Origin: an uncultured Candidatus Saccharibacteria bacterium
Lineage (GTDB): Bacteria; Patescibacteriota; Saccharimonadia; Saccharimonadales; CAYUUR01
Assembly: GCA_964510235.1 (NCBI GenBank)
Contig: CAZEBF010000002.1
Location: 1 to 63,561 of the forward strand
DNA length: 63,561 nt
Reading direction: 5' to 3'
In this document: positions 53,583 to 63,560 of the stretch, in pieces
Layout of the letters: each line of letters starts with the position of its first letter
How positions within the stretch are numbered: position 1 is the stretch's first letter
The notes under the pieces: generated by a model
Databases searched by the model: none
Told to the model about the DNA's origin: nothing
What the model saw: only the letters and a program-made list of their open reading frames with translations
Position numbers and translations under genes: made by a program

Positions 53583-54047
53583 TTATTTCTTGCTTTTAGC
53601 AGGTCGAGCAATACGCTCCGTAGCGGTAAATGTACCACCAGCTTTTTCGATAAGAGCAACGGCACTAGCACTGGCACGGCCTATTTTAACGGTCATCTTG
53701 CGGCTTACTTCGCCCTTAACGACGAGCTTTACACTAACGTGGTCATTACTAACTAATCCGTGCTTCGCAAGTGTTGGAGCGTCTATAGTAGCTTCTTTGA
53801 GATCATTAATCTGACCAGTGTAGACAGTATAAGTCTTGGCTCGGTGCGAGGTAAAACCTCGTAGTTTTGGTATACGCTGCATGAGGGGATTCTGTCCACC
53901 TTCAAAGCCTGGTCGCACACCACCACTTTTGCGAGCATTTTGCCCTTTGGTACCGCGTCCAGCTGTCTTACCACGTCCGGCAGAAATACCGCGACCAACG
54001 CGCTTTTTTGACTTACTAGCAGTCATGTCTAATTCGTTGAACTTCAT
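53583..54047 (-). CDS. rplO: 50S ribosomal protein L15
   Basis: 154 aa, uL15 pattern (GRGISAGRGKTAGRGTKGQ). Confidence 0.96.
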   Translation of the reverse strand: MKFNELDMTASKSKKRVGRGISAGRGKTAGRGTKGQNARKSGGVRPGFEGGQNPLMQRIPKLRGFTSHRAKTYTVYTGQINDLKEATIDAPTLAKHGLVSNDHVSVKLVVKGEVSRKMTVKIGRASASAVALIEKAGGTFTATERIARPAKSKK

Positions 54048-54607
54048 GCTGACTCCTTCTTAGCAGTCTTAGCTTCTGCTTTAGGGCTATCGTATTTACG
54101 CGTTACCCAGTCTTTAGCAGGCACGAGTGATTCAAGTGCTGCCATTGTAGCGTAGGCTACGTTGGTTTTGTTACTTGATCCGAGTGACTTAGAAAGTACG
54201 TTATGCAGTCCAGCAACTTCTAGAATGGTACGGATAACTCCACCTGCAATCAGTCCAGTACCTTCACTGGCTGGCTTGATGAGGATATTAGCACCGCTGA
54301 TTCGTCCGGTAATATCATGTGGGATAGTGCCTTTGTAGACTGGTACGCTGATCATATTCTTCTTAGCAACTTCTGTGGCTTTAGTGATAGCAGCTGTAAC
54401 GTCAGCACCTTTTGAGGTACCAACACCGACACGATGCTTACGGTCGCCTACAACAACAAGTGCGCGAAAACGGAAGCGACGGCCACCCTTAACTACACGT
54501 GCAACGCGGTCGATGTGCAATACTTGTTCGTCAAACTGCTTTTCTTCTGCTGGACCGTCACCGCGGCGTCCACGTTGGCCCTGTCGATTCCCTTGGTCGT
54601 ATGCCAT
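54044..54607 (-). CDS. rpsE: 30S ribosomal protein S5
   Basis: Start set at MAYDQGN. uS5 pattern. Overlaps rplO by 4 nt, so no rpmD lies between them. Confidence 0.95.
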   Translation of the reverse strand: MAYDQGNRQGQRGRRGDGPAEEKQFDEQVLHIDRVARVVKGGRRFRFRALVVVGDRKHRVGVGTSKGADVTAAITKATEVAKKNMISVPVYKGTIPHDITGRISGANILIKPASEGTGLIAGGVIRTILEVAGLHNVLSKSLGSSNKTNVAYATMAALESLVPAKDWVTRKYDSPKAEAKTAKKESA

Positions 54608-54608
54608 G

Positions 54609-54965
54609 TTAGAACTCCAATCCATTCTGACGGGCAGCTTCTGCCAACGCCTTTACGCGACCGTGATACTTACGGCCATTACGATCAAATACAACTTTAG
54701 TAATTTTCTTGGTCTTAGCTTGCTTAGCGATCATCTCACCAACATAAGCGGCGCGTTCAGTCATTGTGCCGGTAGCTTTTTTGTCGCCAACAGTAGTTGC
54801 TGCAACCAATGTTTTGTGCGCACTATCATCAATAACCTGAGCCGAAACATGCAAGTTGCTGATGGTGACACTCAAGCGCGGACGCTCAGGAGTGCCAATA
54901 ACTGTTGCTCGAACGCGATTTTTACGCTGAGCAGCATTCTGAGATTTCTTCTGTAATCTATTCAT
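54609..54965 (-). CDS. rplR: 50S ribosomal protein L18
   Basis: 118 aa, uL18 pattern. Confidence 0.96.
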   Translation of the reverse strand: MNRLQKKSQNAAQRKNRVRATVIGTPERPRLSVTISNLHVSAQVIDDSAHKTLVAATTVGDKKATGTMTERAAYVGEMIAKQAKTKKITKVVFDRNGRKYHGRVKALAEAARQNGLEF

Positions 54966-54973
54966 AGCTATTC

Positions 54974-55513
54974 CTATTTGTCCTTACCTGATTTACCGCT
55001 CTTGCGGATAATACGTTCACCAACATACTTGATACCCTTGCCCTTATAAGGCTCTGGCTTCTTCAAGCTGCGGATTTCTGCAGCCACTTGGCCGACTTGT
55101 TGTTTGCTTATGCCGCCGACTGTAATAATATTCTGCTCGACACTGACTGTTACACCCTGCGGGATGTGATACAGCACTTCATGACTCAAGCCAATGTTCA
55201 GCTTGAGATCTGCACCAGCTACTGCAACACGATAACCAACACCGTTGAGTTCAAGCTTCTTTTCGAAGCCCTGACTCACGCCGGTAATGAGGTTTTGTAG
55301 TAATGCGCGCATTAGACCGTGCTTGGCACGGATCTTTGGTTCGTCATTCTCACGGGTGACAATGACTTGCTCCCCCTCTTGCGTAACATTGATGCCCGGC
55401 ATGGTGAACTGGCTCAGAGAGCCCTTGCTGCCATTAACCGTGATGACATCTTTGTCGACAGTGATTGTCACACCGCTGGGGATTTGGATGGGTAGTTTTC
55501 CTACTCGACTCAT
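54974..55513 (-). CDS. rplF: 50S ribosomal protein L6
   Basis: 179 aa, uL6 pattern (MSRVGKLPIQIP). Confidence 0.96.
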   Translation of the reverse strand: MSRVGKLPIQIPSGVTITVDKDVITVNGSKGSLSQFTMPGINVTQEGEQVIVTRENDEPKIRAKHGLMRALLQNLITGVSQGFEKKLELNGVGYRVAVAGADLKLNIGLSHEVLYHIPQGVTVSVEQNIITVGGISKQQVGQVAAEIRSLKKPEPYKGKGIKYVGERIIRKSGKSGKDK

Positions 55514-55534
55514 GATGTTATTCCTTTAGTTCCT

Positions 55535-55939
55535 TTAATATACCTTACAAATTAATTCACCACCGAGACGCTGTTTCTTAGCATCTTGGCCGGTCATAAT
55601 GCCTTTTGATGTCGACACAATTACGATGCCACGACCGCGCATAACGGTTGGAATCTTGTCGGCACCAGCATACATACGACGCCCTGGCGTGCTTAGACGA
55701 TTAACTTCCGTAATGCGAGCGTTCTCGCCAGCACTATTGATTGTAATCGTCATTGTTTTACCAACACCTTCATTGTCAGCCACAGCGACTTTTTCGATGA
55801 AGTGGTTAGCGCGCAGAATTTCTGCAACAGCTTGCTTGGCTTTAGAATGTGGCATTGATACTTCGTGCTTATTTACATTCATCGCGTTGCGAATACGCGA
55901 AAGCATATCTGCAATTGGGTCTGTACTTGTCATACTCAT
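55535..55939 (-). CDS. rpsH: 30S ribosomal protein S8
   Basis: 134 aa, uS8 pattern (DPIADMLSRIRNA). Confidence 0.96.
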   Translation of the reverse strand: MSMTSTDPIADMLSRIRNAMNVNKHEVSMPHSKAKQAVAEILRANHFIEKVAVADNEGVGKTMTITINSAGENARITEVNRLSTPGRRMYAGADKIPTVMRGRGIVIVSTSKGIMTGQDAKKQRLGGELICKVY

Positions 55940-55943
55940 TTTC

Positions 55944-56213
55944 TTACCAGCTCGCTTTCGTTACGCCAGGGATTTCACCCTTAGAGGCGTGCTCACGGAA
56001 ACTAAGACGACTCAGACCAAACGTACGCATGTAAGCATGTGGACGGCCGGTTTCGATGCAACGGTTCTTCCAACGAGTTGGAGAACTATTTCGAGGTAGC
56101 TTGTGCAGGCCTTCAAAATCGCCCATCTTCTTTAGCTCAGCACGCTTCTCGGCATACTGTTTGATCATCTTCTGTCGCTTTAGATCGCGAGCTATAATTG
56201 ATTTCTTAGCCAT
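55944..56213 (-). CDS. rpsN: 30S ribosomal protein S14 (long, non-zinc type)
   Basis: 89 aa, uS14 pattern ending ...[11 protein letters not shown]. Confidence 0.95.
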   Translation of the reverse strand: MAKKSIIARDLKRQKMIKQYAEKRAELKKMGDFEGLHKLPRNSSPTRWKNRCIETGRPHAYMRTFGLSRLSFREHASKGEIPGVTKASW

Positions 56214-56806
56214 TAGTTAGCTCCCTTCTCTTTTGACTTCTCGAATGGCATGCCAAACTTTTCTAACAATGCTCGGCTGTGTGCAGCTTCTTTGGCACGG
56301 ATCACAAAGACAACTTGTAGGCCGTGCGTAGTTGTAGTTTCTTCAAATGTTAGCTCAGGAAAAGCTGACTGATCTGTTAGGCCAACGCTATAGTTACCTT
56401 GACGGTCAAATGCCTTGGCGCTAACACCATGAAAGTCACGTAGTCGTGGTAGTACAATGTTAATCAGTCGGTCAGAGAACTCGTACATCTTCTCACCACG
56501 CAACGTTACTTTTAGGCCAATCTTGTTACCTTCACGTAGTTTGAAGGATGCAATGCTCATGCGAGCAGTTGTCTGTATTGGTGCTTGTCCCGTTATTTTG
56601 CGAAGTGTGTTTGTAGCAACTTCCATGAGCTTCTTATCGTCCTTGGCACGACCAAGTCCAACGTTAACCACAATTTTTTCGAGTCGTGGGACATCGTTGA
56701 AGTTCTTGAGCCCAAGCTCTTTCATCAAGGCAGGAGCATAGTCGCTATTGTAGAGTGCTTTAAGTCGAGCGCCAGTTGGAACAGTCGCAGTAGTTTTGGT
56801 CGCCAT
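56213..56806 (-). CDS. rplE: 50S ribosomal protein L5
   Basis: 197 aa, uL5 pattern. Confidence 0.96.
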   Translation of the reverse strand: MATKTTATVPTGARLKALYNSDYAPALMKELGLKNFNDVPRLEKIVVNVGLGRAKDDKKLMEVATNTLRKITGQAPIQTTARMSIASFKLREGNKIGLKVTLRGEKMYEFSDRLINIVLPRLRDFHGVSAKAFDRQGNYSVGLTDQSAFPELTFEETTTTHGLQVVFVIRAKEAAHSRALLEKFGMPFEKSKEKGAN

Positions 56807-57159
56807 TACTTAATCTCCTTTCCTGATTTCTTAGCAATACGGGTTTTTACGCCCTTGGCATCGATCTTATAACCAATACGGGTTGGCTTCTTGTTGCTTG
56901 GATCAACCAAAGCAACTTTAGATACCCAGATTGGCTTAGTCAGCTCAATAATGCCACCTTGTGGGTAAGCTTTATTTGGCTTCTGGTGCTTCTTAACGAT
57001 ATTAATGCCTTCAACAGTCACCTTGTTTTCGCTTGGGTGAGTTGCAACAACTTTGCCGTTCTTGCCCTTGTACTTTCCAGCTAGGACAACCACGGTATCG
57101 CCTTTCTTCAGTCGAATCTTATACAACTTGCTATCTCCGTTTCTCATTTTGCGGTCCAT
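56806..57159 (-). CDS. rplX: 50S ribosomal protein L24
   Basis: 117 aa, KOW motif ([19 protein letters not shown]). The ATG overlaps the rplN stop. Confidence 0.94.
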   Translation of the reverse strand: MDRKMRNGDSKLYKIRLKKGDTVVVLAGKYKGKNGKVVATHPSENKVTVEGINIVKKHQKPNKAYPQGGIIELTKPIWVSKVALVDPSNKKPTRIGYKIDAKGVKTRIAKKSGKEIK

Positions 57160-57527
57160 TAGAGTACCTCCGGCGCGAGTGAGATGATTTTAGCAAAGCC
57201 GAGGTCACGCAGTTCACGTGGGACTGGGCCAAAGATACGAGTAGATTTTGGCAACTTGTCATCACCAATAATCACCGCAGCATTATCATCAAACTTGATA
57301 GTTGAACCATCTTTGCGCTTAATCGGATAGGTCGTGCGCACTACGACAGCACGAACAACAGTTTTCTTTTTGACGTTACCACTTGGGTTGGCCTTCTTAA
57401 CTGTTGCGACAATAGTGTCGCCAACGCGAGCGTAACGTTTACGGGTACCGCCAAGTACACGAATGCAAAGGATTTCCTGTGCACCGCTGTTGTCACAGAC
57501 GGTTAGGCGAGATTCTTGTTGAATCAT
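57159..57527 (-). CDS. rplN: 50S ribosomal protein L14
   Basis: 122 aa, uL14 pattern ([16 protein letters not shown]). Confidence 0.97.
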   Translation of the reverse strand: MIQQESRLTVCDNSGAQEILCIRVLGGTRKRYARVGDTIVATVKKANPSGNVKKKTVVRAVVVRTTYPIKRKDGSTIKFDDNAAVIIGDDKLPKSTRIFGPVPRELRDLGFAKIISLAPEVL

Positions 57528-57859
57528 ACGTCTTCTCCCTCTGTAGCCTCGTCAGCTTTTTTAGCTTTCTTAGCTTCGGTATCTTCTTTGAGAATATCCT
57601 TGACGTCATCTTCACGCAGCGCTGGTCGTTCTACGATCTTCGCGAGGGTGAAGCGCTTGCGAGCACTGATAGGACGAACTTCGCTGATGATAACCTTATC
57701 ACCAACTTCTGCCTCGTTGTTCTCATCATGAGCCATGAACTTCTTGTTCTCAGAATATTGTTTCTTATAAATTGGGTGTGTTTTGCGAGTGACGACGGTG
57801 ACAGTAATGGTCTTGTCGGCCTTGCTCGATGACACAACTCCGGTCAGTGTTTTAGCCAT
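57524..57859 (-). CDS. rpsQ: 30S ribosomal protein S17 with acidic/basic C-terminal tail
   Basis: 111 aa. uS17 core plus a tail of about 25 aa. Confidence 0.95.
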   Translation of the reverse strand: MAKTLTGVVSSSKADKTITVTVVTRKTHPIYKKQYSENKKFMAHDENNEAEVGDKVIISEVRPISARKRFTLAKIVERPALREDDVKDILKEDTEAKKAKKADEATEGEDV

Positions 57860-58059
57860 TACTTCGCCTCCTTCGCGAGTTGTTCACTTAAGACTGTCAG
57901 CATACGTGCCAAGTCTTTGCGCTTGCTACGAATGACACGGACGTTCTGGACTTCACCACTATGCATGCGTCGCTTCATTTCAGCGATCTCTTCACGCAGT
58001 TTGGTGCTTTCCTTCGTTAGGTCAGTTGTATCAAGCTTACGGATTTCTGCAACTTTCAT
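57859..58059 (-). CDS. rpmC: 50S ribosomal protein L29
   Basis: 66 aa, uL29 pattern. Confidence 0.95.
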   Translation of the reverse strand: MKVAEIRKLDTTDLTKESTKLREEIAEMKRRMHSGEVQNVRVIRSKRKDLARMLTVLSEQLAKEAK

Positions 58060-58060
58060 G

Positions 58061-58474
58061 TTATGCCTCCTCCCTAACTAGGAATTTGGTTTTGACAGGC
58101 AACTTGTGTGCAGCAAGCCGCATCGCTTCACGCGCTACTTCTTCTGGTACACCTTGCATTTCAAACATGATCGTTCCTGGTCGGACTTTTGCAGCAAAGT
58201 ACTCTGGGTTACCTTTTCCTGAGCCCATTTTTACGTCCTGCGGTTTCTTGGTCACAGGAGTATGCGGGAAGATGCGGATCCAGATTTTACCACCACGCTT
58301 GATGTGACGAGTCATCGCTTGACGAGCTGCCTCAATTTGACGAGAAGTAATGCGCTCTGAGCTCTGAGCCTGCAGTGCGTACTCACCAAAAGCGATATAG
58401 TTACCGCTTGTGGCGACGCCGCGGATACGGCCCTTTCGTACCTTGCGGTACTTGGTTCGTTTTGGCATTAACAT
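58061..58474 (-). CDS. rplP: 50S ribosomal protein L16
   Basis: Start set at [11 protein letters not shown] (canonical uL16 N-terminus). The longer ORF-track N-terminus overlaps rpsC. Confidence 0.95.
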   Translation of the reverse strand: MLMPKRTKYRKVRKGRIRGVATSGNYIAFGEYALQAQSSERITSRQIEAARQAMTRHIKRGGKIWIRIFPHTPVTKKPQDVKMGSGKGNPEYFAAKVRPGTIMFEMQGVPEEVAREAMRLAAHKLPVKTKFLVREEA

Positions 58475-58475
58475 A

Positions 58476-59108
58476 TTAGTTGGCCTCTCCCTTATAGATC
58501 CATACCTTGACACCGATGACACCACTACCTGGGTATTGTGCCCGTGCAGCTGCGTAATCAATGTCAGCACGTAATGTGTGCAACGGTACGCTACCAGCAA
58601 CTTCTTTTTCACGGCGAGACATATCAGCACCGTTCAATCGGCCAGCAACTTCGATACGAATACCTTTGGCACCGGCGCGCATTGTGTTTGCAGATGACTG
58701 CTTGATAGCACGGCGGAATGACATACGTCGTTCGATTTGGTTAGCAATGTTCTCGGCAACCAATTTTGCGTACAGTTCTGGCTTCTTGATTTCTTCGATG
58801 TTAACTCGAACAGGAATGCCATAGATCTTTTCGATAGCGGCTTTGAGTTCTTGAGCACCAGAACCACCACGGCCGATAACTACACCTGCTTTTGCAGTGG
58901 TAATTGTAACCGTTACGAGGTTTGGTGAGCGCTCGATATCAACTTTGTTGATAGCGCCACGAGAACCGACTTTACCGGTTATCAGACGACGTACTTCGAG
59001 GTCTTGGCTGAGGAAGTTTGCATAATCTTTTTTATTCGCAAACCATTTACTACGCCAATCTTTGTTGACCTGAAGTCGCATGCTGATAGGATTTACTTTC
59101 TGTCCCAT
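58476..59108 (-). CDS. rpsC: 30S ribosomal protein S3
   Basis: Start set at [12 protein letters not shown] (canonical uS3 N-terminus). Confidence 0.95.
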   Translation of the reverse strand: MGQKVNPISMRLQVNKDWRSKWFANKKDYANFLSQDLEVRRLITGKVGSRGAINKVDIERSPNLVTVTITTAKAGVVIGRGGSGAQELKAAIEKIYGIPVRVNIEEIKKPELYAKLVAENIANQIERRMSFRRAIKQSSANTMRAGAKGIRIEVAGRLNGADMSRREKEVAGSVPLHTLRADIDYAAARAQYPGSGVIGVKVWIYKGEAN

Positions 59109-59109
59109 A

Positions 59110-59493
59110 CTACTTCTCCTCAGCTTTCTTGGCTGGTTTAGTTGCTGACTTCTTAACACGCTTCTCGCCATCGACGATAACAGTAATGTGTGAAGTACGA
59201 CGTTGGAATGGATGAGCACGACCATGAGAAACCGGACGGTAACGCTTGTAACGAACACCAGGAGTAACAGTAATTGCCGAGATAGTTAGGGTGTCTGGCT
59301 TGAGGTCATGGTTGTTGTCGGCGTTAGCCTTAGCTGACTGAATAGCTTTGATAACAGGTTCAGCAGCACGACGAGGTGTATGCTGCAGAATCGTCAGAGC
59401 GTCGCTAACTGTGCGGCCACGAACAAGGCTAGCAACAACGCCAACCTTTCGTGGGCTCATGCGAACGCCTTTAGCGACTGATGAAACTGCCAT
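59110..59493 (-). CDS. rplV: 50S ribosomal protein L22
   Basis: 127 aa, uL22 pattern with a short basic tail. Confidence 0.95.
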   Translation of the reverse strand: MAVSSVAKGVRMSPRKVGVVASLVRGRTVSDALTILQHTPRRAAEPVIKAIQSAKANADNNHDLKPDTLTISAITVTPGVRYKRYRPVSHGRAHPFQRRTSHITVIVDGEKRVKKSATKPAKKAEEK

Positions 59494-59768
59494 TATTTGC
59501 CTCCCTTAGCCAGCTTACCGCCGTGTGAACGGAACTTACGGGTAGGCGCAAATTCACCGAGCTTGTGACCAACCATGTTTTCAGTTACGAATACAGGGAT
59601 GTGTACTTTGCCGTTATGAACTGCAATCGTTTTACCAACAAACTCTGGGCTGATTGTGCAAGCACGTGCCCAAGTCTTAATGATTGTGCGGTCTTCATTG
59701 CCCAAAGCTGCAACTTTCTTTGCAAGCTTTGGATCAACAAATGGACCTTTCTTCAGTGATCGACTCAT
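59493..59768 (-). CDS. rpsS: 30S ribosomal protein S19
   Basis: 91 aa, uS19 pattern ([12 protein letters not shown]). Confidence 0.97.
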   Translation of the reverse strand: MSRSLKKGPFVDPKLAKKVAALGNEDRTIIKTWARACTISPEFVGKTIAVHNGKVHIPVFVTENMVGHKLGEFAPTRKFRSHGGKLAKGGK

Positions 59769-59777
59769 AATCCTACC

Positions 59778-60614
59778 TTATTTCCTCTTCGCCTGATGAC
59801 GGGTTCTTACAATAAACTTACTGCTGTTCTTACGACTACGTGTCTTGTGACCAAGTGTTGGTTGACCCCAAGGTGTACGTGGATGGCGTCCGATACCGTG
59901 CGCACCACCGTCACCACCACCGTGTGGGTGATCAGCTGCGTTCATGGCAATACCACGAACCTTTGGACGACGACCTTTCAGTCGGTTACGACCAGCTTTA
60001 CCAATCTTGATGTTCTGGTGTTGCACGTTACCAATAACGCCGAGGCTGGCAGTACATTCAACGTGCACCATGCGGACTTCGCCACTTGGTAGCTTAATCT
60101 GTGCATAGTTGCCTTCTTTAGCAGCCAGTTGAACGCTTGTACCAGCAGAACGAGCCAATTGTGCACCACGGCCAGGCTGCAGTTCAACAGCATGCAGAAC
60201 GCTACCAACTGGAATACTTTTGAGTGGAAGGCGGTTACCGTTTTCGATAGCGACTTCTTCGCCAGATTCAATCTTTTGACCAACCGTCATGTTGGCAGCA
60301 GCCAAAATGTAGTGGTATTCGTTATTGCTGTCTTTAATACGAGCGATACGAGCAGAACGGTTTGGATCGTACTCAATGTGCTCAATCGTAGCAGTTGTGC
60401 CAGCAGCCAAGCGGAAATTCACCTTACGATAAAACTTCTTAGCGCCACCACCACGACGACGTGATGTAATGCGACCTTGGTTGTTTCGGCCGCTCTTTTG
60501 CTTCTTTACAACCAGCAGTGAACGAACAGGCTTACGAGTAGTAATCTCGCTCATGTCCTGCGTGGTCATGCCACGCTGGCCAGGAGTGGTTGGGTTCAGT
60601 TGTCGAATAGCCAT
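59778..60614 (-). CDS. rplB: 50S ribosomal protein L2
   Basis: 278 aa, uL2 pattern (...HPHGGGDG...). Confidence 0.97.
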   Translation of the reverse strand: MAIRQLNPTTPGQRGMTTQDMSEITTRKPVRSLLVVKKQKSGRNNQGRITSRRRGGGAKKFYRKVNFRLAAGTTATIEHIEYDPNRSARIARIKDSNNEYHYILAAANMTVGQKIESGEEVAIENGNRLPLKSIPVGSVLHAVELQPGRGAQLARSAGTSVQLAAKEGNYAQIKLPSGEVRMVHVECTASLGVIGNVQHQNIKIGKAGRNRLKGRRPKVRGIAMNAADHPHGGGDGGAHGIGRHPRTPWGQPTLGHKTRSRKNSSKFIVRTRHQAKRK

Positions 60615-61006
60615 TACTTAGACTCCTTGCTTGCTGACTTCTTAGCTTGCTTGTCGGCTACTTTAGCAGCCTGAGCAGCAGTCTTTTCTTGCTGTTCAGC
60701 AGCTTCATCAATTGCGTCAAAGACAGGAATGGTATCGCCTTCAACCAAGCGCACGTAGGCTTTCTTGACGTCAGAGCGCTTGCCGGTTGTTGGGCGTGAG
60801 CGCTTACGATAGGTCTGCTTTACTTTACCCTTGATGATAGCAATGTTAACTTCCATAACTTTAACGCCGTACTGTACAGCAACTGCTTCAGCGACCTGAA
60901 GCTTGTTGGCGCTCTTGTCGACATCAAATACGTAGGTATTCTGAACTTTGCTAAGACCATAGGTTTTCTCGCTCATACGAGGTTTTAGGACGAGAGACTT
61001 ACTCAT
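60614..61006 (-). CDS. rplW: 50S ribosomal protein L23 with charged C-terminal tail
   Basis: 130 aa. uL23 core plus an Ala/Lys/Glu/Gln-rich tail. Confidence 0.94.
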   Translation of the reverse strand: MSKSLVLKPRMSEKTYGLSKVQNTYVFDVDKSANKLQVAEAVAVQYGVKVMEVNIAIIKGKVKQTYRKRSRPTTGKRSDVKKAYVRLVEGDTIPVFDAIDEAAEQQEKTAAQAAKVADKQAKKSASKESK

Positions 61007-61662
61007 TATTTTGTCTCCTCTTTCTTGGTTTCTGCGTTCAACCAGGCAGTTGTAGCTTTGAGGCCAGCTGTGGTGAACAGGATCATATCTGCATTCAAGA
61101 CGTCATAGACGTTTAGGTAAGTGCCTTGTGATACTTTGACATTCTGGATGTTGCTAGTAGCTCGCACGATTTCTGGAGTCTTGTTGTCAGTGACAATCAG
61201 TGTGCGGCGCTCTGCACCAACCTTAGCGAGCAACTTAGCTGCTTCGCTGGTCTTGCCGTCTTTAGGAGCGAAAACTTCGATGACTGATACTTTGTTAGCT
61301 TCGTTTGCCACACTCAGTGCTTGGCGGATTGCCAGACGTTTCGTGTTGGTAGGCATCTTCTTGGTGTAGTTTTCTTCGCCAGTTGGGCCAAAGACTACGC
61401 CACCACCGCGCCATAGTGGCACGCGAGATGAACCAAAACGAGCACGACCAGTACCCTTTTGCTTCCAAGGCTTGCGGCCACCACCACGGACATCGCCACG
61501 GTTTTTGACATTAGCTGAGCCAACGCGACCATTTGATAAGTAAGCTACATAGGCTTGCTTGAGCAACTCGTGGCTTTTTACTTCTACACCAAAGACTGCT
61601 TTGTCGAGTTTAGCGGCAGTTGTAGCTTTGGTGCCTGACTTTGTGTATGTTGCAATACTCAT
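61006..61662 (-). CDS. rplD: 50S ribosomal protein L4
   Basis: 218 aa, uL4 pattern (GGGRKPWKQKGTGRAR). Confidence 0.96.
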   Translation of the reverse strand: MSIATYTKSGTKATTAAKLDKAVFGVEVKSHELLKQAYVAYLSNGRVGSANVKNRGDVRGGGRKPWKQKGTGRARFGSSRVPLWRGGGVVFGPTGEENYTKKMPTNTKRLAIRQALSVANEANKVSVIEVFAPKDGKTSEAAKLLAKVGAERRTLIVTDNKTPEIVRATSNIQNVKVSQGTYLNVYDVLNADMILFTTAGLKATTAWLNAETKKEETK

Positions 61663-61664
61663 GA

Positions 61665-62282
61665 TTATGCTCCCTGTCCTTGTACCAGAACGATACTCTT
61701 ACGTGGACCAGGTACGGCACCGACAACACCAATGATGTTGTGCTCGGTATCAACGAGGGCAATCTTGAGGTTTTTGACAGTCACGCGCTCGTGACCCATT
61801 TGTCCGGCCATCTTTTTACCCTTGAAAATACGTTGTGGGTACATAGAACCAATTGAACCAACCTTACGTGTGTTTCCCTTACCACCGTGCGTAGCGCGCT
61901 GACGGTGGAAGTTGTGTCGCTTGATTGTTCCGGCCCAACCTTTACCTTTGCTAGTACCAGTAACTTGTACTTGGTCACCAACTGAAAAGACCTCTGGTGT
62001 GAGTGTTTCTCCAACCTTGAGGTCTTCTGTGATTTCTGGGACACGTACTTCGCGTACGATCTTTGGCATTGTGTCTGCTTTCTTGAAGTGACCAGCCTGG
62101 GCCTTGCCCATAGACTTGACACTCTCAAAACCGAGCTGCACAGCTGTATAGCCGTCAGTTTCGTCGGTTTTGACTTGCGTAATGACGCAAGGAGTAGCGG
62201 AAAGCAAGGTAACAGCAGTCATAGTACCGTCGTCTGCGATGGTACTGGTCATGCCAACCTTTCGAGTAATGAGAGCTTTCAT
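61665..62282 (-). CDS. rplC: 50S ribosomal protein L3
   Basis: 205 aa, uL3 pattern. Confidence 0.96.
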   Translation of the reverse strand: MKALITRKVGMTSTIADDGTMTAVTLLSATPCVITQVKTDETDGYTAVQLGFESVKSMGKAQAGHFKKADTMPKIVREVRVPEITEDLKVGETLTPEVFSVGDQVQVTGTSKGKGWAGTIKRHNFHRQRATHGGKGNTRKVGSIGSMYPQRIFKGKKMAGQMGHERVTVKNLKIALVDTEHNIIGVVGAVPGPRKSIVLVQGQGA

Positions 62283-62453
62283 ACTTATTTATTCACCTTA
62301 TGGTTACTAGAGACATTGCATGAAAATACTTGGTGGCTGGTGGTTTCTACCTCTGTAGACCTGCCAATTCACCAAGTTCATGGTGTACTCAAACTTTGAT
62401 ATACCATAACAGATTAGCAGATAACACCCACCACTGTCAATATGTTGTCTATT

Positions 62454-62723
62454 CTACACTACGATATGGAGGCCTAACGGGAGCCAGAAACTAATGAAGG
62501 CAGCCATGAGTAGGATGGCGTAGCCAATCTTCTTATCCAGCTGTAGTCGCTCGTGCCGAAGCAGCAGAATGCCACCAAGAAGCCCCACTGGTAATGGAAT
62601 TTGCGCACCGCTATCAGTTACTAGACGCAGCCAGAAAGAACCGAGCACAAGATACACGACCAGCTTAAGAAAATACACGCTGTCGACTTCTTTGGCTGTT
62701 TTTTGCTTTGTTTTTGTGGGCAT
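62454..62723 (-). CDS. hypothetical small membrane protein inserted between rpsJ and rplC
   Basis: 89 aa. Basic N-terminus followed by 3 hydrophobic helices. Confidence 0.5.
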   Translation of the reverse strand: MPTKTKQKTAKEVDSVYFLKLVVYLVLGSFWLRLVTDSGAQIPLPVGLLGGILLLRHERLQLDKKIGYAILLMAAFISFWLPLGLHIVV

Positions 62724-62746
62724 ACAGTCAGTATACCAGACTAAGC

Positions 62747-63214
62747 TTAACCGCCATCGCCACGCTCTATGAGTTCGTCGTAAGATGGTATGTCGTCACT
62801 CTGACGCATTTCTACTGGACAGTGATCCGACGAATAATCAGCGTAGGCGAATACCTCAAAATCATCAACCGTGCATACTTCATCTAATCCGTCAGTAAAT
62901 AATTGGACCAGATGTTCTTCAGAAGCTACAGCTGGTTCGGACCCGGTACAACCTGATGTTATGAGCAGCAGCTCGTTTTGGGCCGCAAGTAAGGTATTCT
63001 CTTCAATAACTGGCATCACTCTACAGCGCAATCCAAGTGGACCAAACCGCACCGATTTGGCTGCTACTTTTGAGGCAAGTTCATGTGCTTTCGCACCCGC
63101 AAAGATGCAATCTCCGCAGGAGTCTGGGATAGAAGCCAGCAGAAAAGAAGCATACTCCCTCTCCTTTGTAGTAATGATTCGCTCGTCGTATCCGAGCCAG
63201 CGTTCAAGTGCCAT
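62747..63214 (-). CDS. hypothetical acidic Cys-containing protein inserted between rpsJ and rplC
   Basis: Start set at MALERW, 4 nt after the rpsJ stop. Contains CGDC plus further Cys. No motif recognised. Confidence 0.5.
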   Translation of the reverse strand: MALERWLGYDERIITTKEREYASFLLASIPDSCGDCIFAGAKAHELASKVAAKSVRFGPLGLRCRVMPVIEENTLLAAQNELLLITSGCTGSEPAVASEEHLVQLFTDGLDEVCTVDDFEVFAYADYSSDHCPVEMRQSDDIPSYDELIERGDGG

Positions 63215-63218
63215 AGTT

Positions 63219-63560
63219 TTACATCTTGATTTCGGCGTCACAGCCGGCAGGAAGCGAAAGATTCATCAGCGAATCAATTGTCTTTGGAGTTGGCTCTAAC
63301 ACATCGATGATACGCTTGTGTACACGCATTTCGAACTGTTCACGACCCTTTTTGTATACGTGTGGGCTTTTGACAACTGTGTAAGTAGTCTTTTTGGTTG
63401 GCAGTGGGATTGGTCCAGCAATGGTTGCACCGGTGCGTAGTGCCGTATCAACAATCTGCTTAGCAGACTGATCAATCACTTTGTGATCATAGGCTTTTAG
63501 ACGGATGCGGATCTTTTGCTTGCCGTCTTTCTTTTCTAGTGGTTTTTTGGCGTCAGCCAT
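63219..63560 (-). CDS. rpsJ: 30S ribosomal protein S10
   Basis: 113 aa, uS10 pattern ([25 protein letters not shown]) with a short Lys-rich N-terminal extension. Confidence 0.96.
   Translation of the reverse strand: MADAKKPLEKKDGKQKIRIRLKAYDHKVIDQSAKQIVDTALRTGATIAGPIPLPTKKTTYTVVKSPHVYKKGREQFEMRVHKRIIDVLEPTPKTIDSLMNLSLPAGCDAEIKM

Noticed and set aside
54375-54956. 193-aa plus-strand ORF, and many similar 60-170-aa ORFs opposite ribosomal protein genes (for example 28477-28908, 55599-56099, 48570-48881)
   Set aside because: They are shadow ORFs antisense to highly conserved genes, with low-complexity composition.
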